A DNA stretch of 37,344 nucleotides, from assembly GCA_964396785.1 (NCBI GenBank), contig CAYNFU010000004.1:1-37344 (forward strand), written 5' to 3'. Shown here piece by piece: positions 34,601-37,344 of the stretch. Numbering within the stretch: position 1 is the first letter of the stretch; each line of letters begins with the position of its first letter. Source of the stretch: an uncultured Gammaproteobacteria bacterium (lineage in GTDB: Bacteria > Patescibacteriota > Microgenomatia > UBA8517). Made by a program: the position numbers and the translations under genes. The notes below the pieces were generated by a model. The model made no database searches and was not told the origin of the DNA. It was given only the letters and a program-made list of their open reading frames with translations.

Positions 34601-37344
34601 ACTAAACCAATATTTATCCCCGGCACCTTTATTAAATGAGTTCAACATAAAGGCTCCTCCGCTAGGTATTGAAACATTTCTGTTCGAAAACATTGCCACT
34701 TCGCCGAATATTGATTGTTGTACGTCTCTTAGTACAAAAAAGGAGTTTTCCGAAGAATCTGCACCTGAATCCCAGACCACATCCAATCTTCCGGCCTGCT
34801 GTACGTTTGAGCCTTCATCCTCGAGGTAGAAGTCTATCGCTGTTCCAAGGCCAGCTATTCCTGGTGTATCAGAATCTACCCTTTGTAGCCTTAGGGAGGT
34901 AAGGACATTACTTGAAGTATCTGTAACTGCAATATGAAGTGCATCGGAAGGCGTAGCTGTTCCTATTCCTACATTTCCATTCAGGAAAGCTGCTGCATAT
35001 TCGGTCCCTGCACCCGTTCCTGCATCTATATATAGTCCTGTAGCGGTTGAGGAGACATCGTTATTGGTTAGGGTAATATATTGGCCGTAGACAGAATGGG
35101 ATTGGACAGCATCCGTATCTACGGTTATATCTGTTCTTTGCCCGTACATCGTTAAGTTTCCTGCTGCAGCAAGAACTTGGAGGTTTAAGTTAATTCCTGA
35201 GGCAGTATCAGTAAGGCTGTCTACGTCTATGTCAAGTAGACCCGCTGTTGCAGTTGAGTCAACTGCCGCTCCGTCTATAACAACCCTTCCCGCGGCAGTA
35301 GTTGCATTGGCGGGAGTAATATTGATTATCGAGTCATCTCCGAAATTAACAAGGTTCGCCGCGTTGTCCTGGATTATGAAGTCTCCTGTTGTGTTCATGT
35401 TGAAAGTAAGCCCAGTCGTACTATCAATCTCCATGGTCAGTTCTCCATCTGTTATCGACTCCGCATACACCTCATCGAAATTCGGGGTTCCACCAGAACC
35501 TATACAGTCAGTCCAGCCGGTGTTCTGGTAGCACCTAAACTTATTGGAGAAGTCGTTGTAGTACATGTATCCTTCAGCCCCGGCTGCTGCAGGGTCACCA
35601 GTTGTACCTTTGACATCTAAAGCAAGATAATCAAGAGTATCAGAGCCTGCTCCACCCGCCCCTATCTGAATTACCCCTGTCGTTGCGGCCCCGGCTGATT
35701 CCAAAGTTAGATTTCCCGCCGAAGTTGAAAGGCTCTGAGCCCCAATGAACTGCAGGTCTTCATCAATGCCTATGACCGTGTCTGTACTTGAGGTTAAGGT
35801 GGGAATGGTATTGGTCTCAAGATCAATGGTTAAGGCCCCGTTATTGGTCTGGCCGACTCCAGTAAAGACAATTGATCCGTTTGAGGTATTATCGATGGTT
35901 TCTGCATTCTGGAGAGAAATTGCAGTTCCGACTCCTGAGCCTATGTTAAGCCCAGTCGTAATTGTTCCGGCTGTTTCAACGATATTTATGGCATTAGTAA
36001 TCGTTCCTCCCGCTGTTGTGTTTTCAATTTGTAAAGCGTCTGTTAGGATTCCCGAGGCTGCATTGTGTCGGATGATTACTCCGTCCGCTAAGGTCTCGGT
36101 TGCCTGGTCGTTAGAGAATAGTGCCAGAGCGTCAATTACGCCTGTATTTCCGGCGTTGTCTGCATTTACCAGGTTCAGCCCGTACTGGGTTCCAACTACG
36201 GTTGAAAGGTTATATGTGGTGGTTATCGCCAGGGCGTCTGCGGAATTATCGGCAGTCCAGGTGGGGGCAATTGAGACCAAGTCAGTAGCTCCCTGGGTGG
36301 TATTGGCAATATCCAGGTTCTCAGTTCCCGCCAGGGTTAGGGTAACGTCATCGTTAAAACTGACAGCTCCCGCAAAGTCGCTTCCGTCGCCTCCGTTGAC
36401 GTCCAGGATTCCGGTAATCGCCGTTGTTGCATTGTTAATGGTGCCCGTCCCGGTTGCCGCTCCTATGTCCCAGGTTGCGGCTACTGCTCCGATATTTAAG
36501 GTAGTTACTGTTGCGTCAAAAAGCGAGGCTACGGTATTCGAAGAGGTAATGTCGGCCGAGGTGGCTCCATTAACTGCCAAATCTCCCGTGACCGTAACAT
36601 CACCCTCGGAAGTATCGTCTGCAATGGAAAAGAGGGTATTTGTCCCGTCGGTTACGGTTAAGGTCCCGCCATTTCCAATGGTTAAGCTGGGAGTGGTATT
36701 AAAGGCAATATCTGCCCCTGTTCCCGAATTGGCAAGGTTAAGAAGAGCCCCAGAGGCTGTAGTATAGTTCTGGGTAAGGGAAAGGACACTTCCCGTATTA
36801 GCTAGGGTTCCCAGTGTTTGAGTACCCGTATCTGATATTGAAACAACCGCCCCCGAGATGGTGTGGGTATTGCCCGAGTTATTAAGTTCTATGGCCCTTG
36901 AGATATCCAGGGTATTTCCGGTTGAGTCTAAGCCAACTCCTCCGTTAAAGATCTGGGAGTAGGTGATATTGGCAACGTCTGAGGTAAATGCAGTTGAGCC
37001 CGAAGCTCCTGTTTTATTTAAGACCAGGAGCTCCCCGTTAAAAGCAGTTGCCGTTGAGGAAACGTCAACGGCTGAGCCTGTTGTTAGGGAATTGGCGTCT
37101 ATATCAAATATATTCTCGGTATCACCAGTTGATTTGATGGCGACATTGCCGCCGTTTACGATATCAATGAAGAACTCGCTGGTTGCGTCAGTTCCTCCTA
37201 CGGCCAGGTTATCGGTCTGGCTGGTTAAGTAGGTTATGGCTCCGTCGTCTGTCCATTTGCTCCCTCCGGCGCCTCCGGCACAGTTACCCGAGGAAAGACA
37301 GAAAGTGCCGTCTGTTGTATCGGGTAGGGTGTAGACCCTATCAG
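31625..37344 (-). CDS. Giant (>1905 aa, 5'-truncated) Thr/Gly/Ser-rich phage-tail-fibre-like surface protein with internal peptidase-G2-like domain
   Basis: I translated 37342 to 36581 with no stop (DRVYTLPDTTDGTFCLSSGNCAGG...DVTVTGDL), so the track's start at 36580 is internal. Motifs EGYMYYN..NKFRCYQNTGWTDC, GNVGIGTATPS, GADLAEFF...IGVVST...LAGRVPV...GDYLTSS...IGKALE, C-terminal FNWWIV. Confidence 0.88.
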   Translation of the reverse strand, partial: DRVYTLPDTTDGTFCLSSGNCAGGAGGSKWTDDGAITYLTSQTDNLAVGGTDATSEFFIDIVNGGNVAIKSTGDTENIFDIDANSLTTGSAVDVSSTATAFNGELLVLNKTGASGSTAFTSDVANITYSQIFNGGVGLDSTGNTLDISRAIELNNSGNTHTISGAVVSISDTGTQTLGTLANTGSVLSLTQNYTTASGALLNLANSGTGADIAFNTTPSLTIGNGGTLTVTDGTNTLFSIADDTSEGDVTVTGDLAVNGATSADITSSNTVASLFDATVTTLNIGAVAATWDIGAATGTGTINNATTAITGILDVNGGDGSDFAGAVSFNDDVTLTLAGTENLDIANTTQGATDLVSIAPTWTADNSADALAITTTYNLSTVVGTQYGLNLVNADNAGNTGVIDALALFSNDQATETLADGVIIRHNAASGILTDALQIENTTAGGTITNAINIVETAGTITTGLNIGSGVGTAISLQNAETIDNTSNGSIVFTGVGQTNNGALTIDLETNTIPTLTSSTDTVIGIDEDLQFIGAQSLSTSAGNLTLESAGAATTGVIQIGAGGAGSDTLDYLALDVKGTTGDPAAAGAEGYMYYNDFSNKFRCYQNTGWTDCIGSGGTPNFDEVYAESITDGELTMEIDSTTGLTFNMNTTGDFIIQDNAANLVNFGDDSIINITPANATTAAGRVVIDGAAVDSTATAGLLDIDVDSLTDTASGINLNLQVLAAAGNLTMYGQRTDITVDTDAVQSHSVYGQYITLTNNDVSSTATGLYIDAGTGAGTEYAAAFLNGNVGIGTATPSDALHIAVTDTSSNVLTSLRLQRVDSDTPGIAGLGTAIDFYLEDEGSNVQQAGRLDVVWDSGADSSENSFFVLRDVQQSIFGEVAMFSNRNVSIPSGGAFMLNSFNKGAGDKYWFSESAYEIWHDVGNDTLSFQGAAPGTGDTAATFSELLYLTTSGNAVLTGDLTVVGGNIDTPAATALSINSGTTGTLSLGDDASAETVNVGTGGAAKTVVIGSETSTSSVEIDSGTGAISIGNAIAKTINIGNATGATALNLTSGTGSQTFTSSVASTSTSSSAWVFTDNALTTGTGMYLNSSSLTGGNLLHIESTLASTTFTGNIGLIEWDPGSSSTSTSGDILQVGIGTNGTLSSGYILNIVDGSTSLFNVSENQINSNLPHNFTASGDVSLAYDLVFTNQTASLIDSYGPLTIQAGEPAESNNLTLKTYNSGDIVFDLPATGQMVVQGAFALDTQQTLPSGTTPSVAGGSHFIGNANGTITNFTNGSAGQIIFIEIDGTGTDFDCSTLNCGSTNITGGTAGDMISFIYDGTTWNMIEFLDLDGDQTGGADLAEFFESPDSLAPGEVVQISNNNGDEVLRSSNAYQVQTIGVVSTNPGITLGENSGGAFPIALAGRVPVLISHSSEAIAVGDYLTSSAEPGKAMKAVYSGPVIGKALESWDPSQPKTAITVFVNLSWYDTGSEIALNGEGNLNLPDLEIAETPEGTYQVLNAGELITKIDALANLVAANIKAGVIESKKLATVVLEATTARVDNLLISSGLVSPLVKTQIISPVSKSNLVINLENTQPGSTTSYGKLSIKGEEGKQVASIDAQGNAEFAGDATVSGELRAGKIYADEIVSRAGNFADLTSANISGITREEIEALLAEVEVDQSLLTSSGDWQIDTASGSANLNEVSTTNLYVTEQAAVNSLSVTSAISVGNALFIQSSQNSSGEIVNTIDSLSSPLRLQALALAPIEFMAGKVRIDTSGNMIIEGDLTVAGKIESSTLSSETATFSDLATKHVAITTDSAEGTYDLNGNYVIESLTTAGKGLIPAGLAEVTIKNINTKVNALIYVTPTTSTGNNVLYVKSQDGCEEATGSCEPMFIVGFDQESTSDVEFNWWIVDTKQASSQ

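Noticed and set aside
36578-36580. ORF-track start of the giant protein
   Set aside because: It is an internal TTG; the frame stays open to the window end.
35745-36767. 340-aa plus-strand ORF (also 33996..34496, 35229..35531, 36963..37232)
   Set aside because: Antisense shadows of the Thr/Gly-rich fibre gene, whose codon bias suppresses opposite-strand stops.
37325-37340. Inverted repeat TAGGGT-GTAG-ACCCTA
   Set aside because: Short, inside coding sequence and without a U-tract; likely chance.

Overview
Chromosomal DNA from a bacterium using genetic code 11. By protein style (my inference) it is Patescibacteria/CPR, probably Microgenomates-like. The window is devoted to the cell surface and has four blocks. 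(1) 1-12046 is a glycan cluster: two paralogous GT2s, a GT-B-like protein, three SAM methyltransferases, FnlA/CapE plus an RmlD-like reductase, and a heptose pathway (transaldolase, GmhA, HddA, GmhB, candidate nucleotidyltransferase, epimerase). It also has an inserted HD-domain gene and a 22-codon relic of a second transaldolase. (2) 12073-15275 holds small, partly phage-like and membrane genes, one with an internal twin-arginine motif, followed by about 600 bp of structured non-coding DNA. (3) 15872-25097 is a tightly packed 8-gene signalling operon: an exported FN3/Ig protein ending in a Cys-less thioredoxin fold, three sensor proteins with no catalytic domain (Cache, PAS+coiled coil, MASE3-like), one CHASE4/HAMP/PAS histidine kinase, two stand-alone receivers and a small tail-anchored protein. 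It has no DNA-binding output. (4) 25134-37344 encodes an O-antigen-ligase/TPR protein, a six-LamG protein and a >1905-aa phage-tail-fibre-like protein with an internal peptidase-G2-like motif, running off the window. I saw no rRNA, tRNA, CRISPR array, transposase or integrase. All domain calls come from motif recognition by eye, not database searches.
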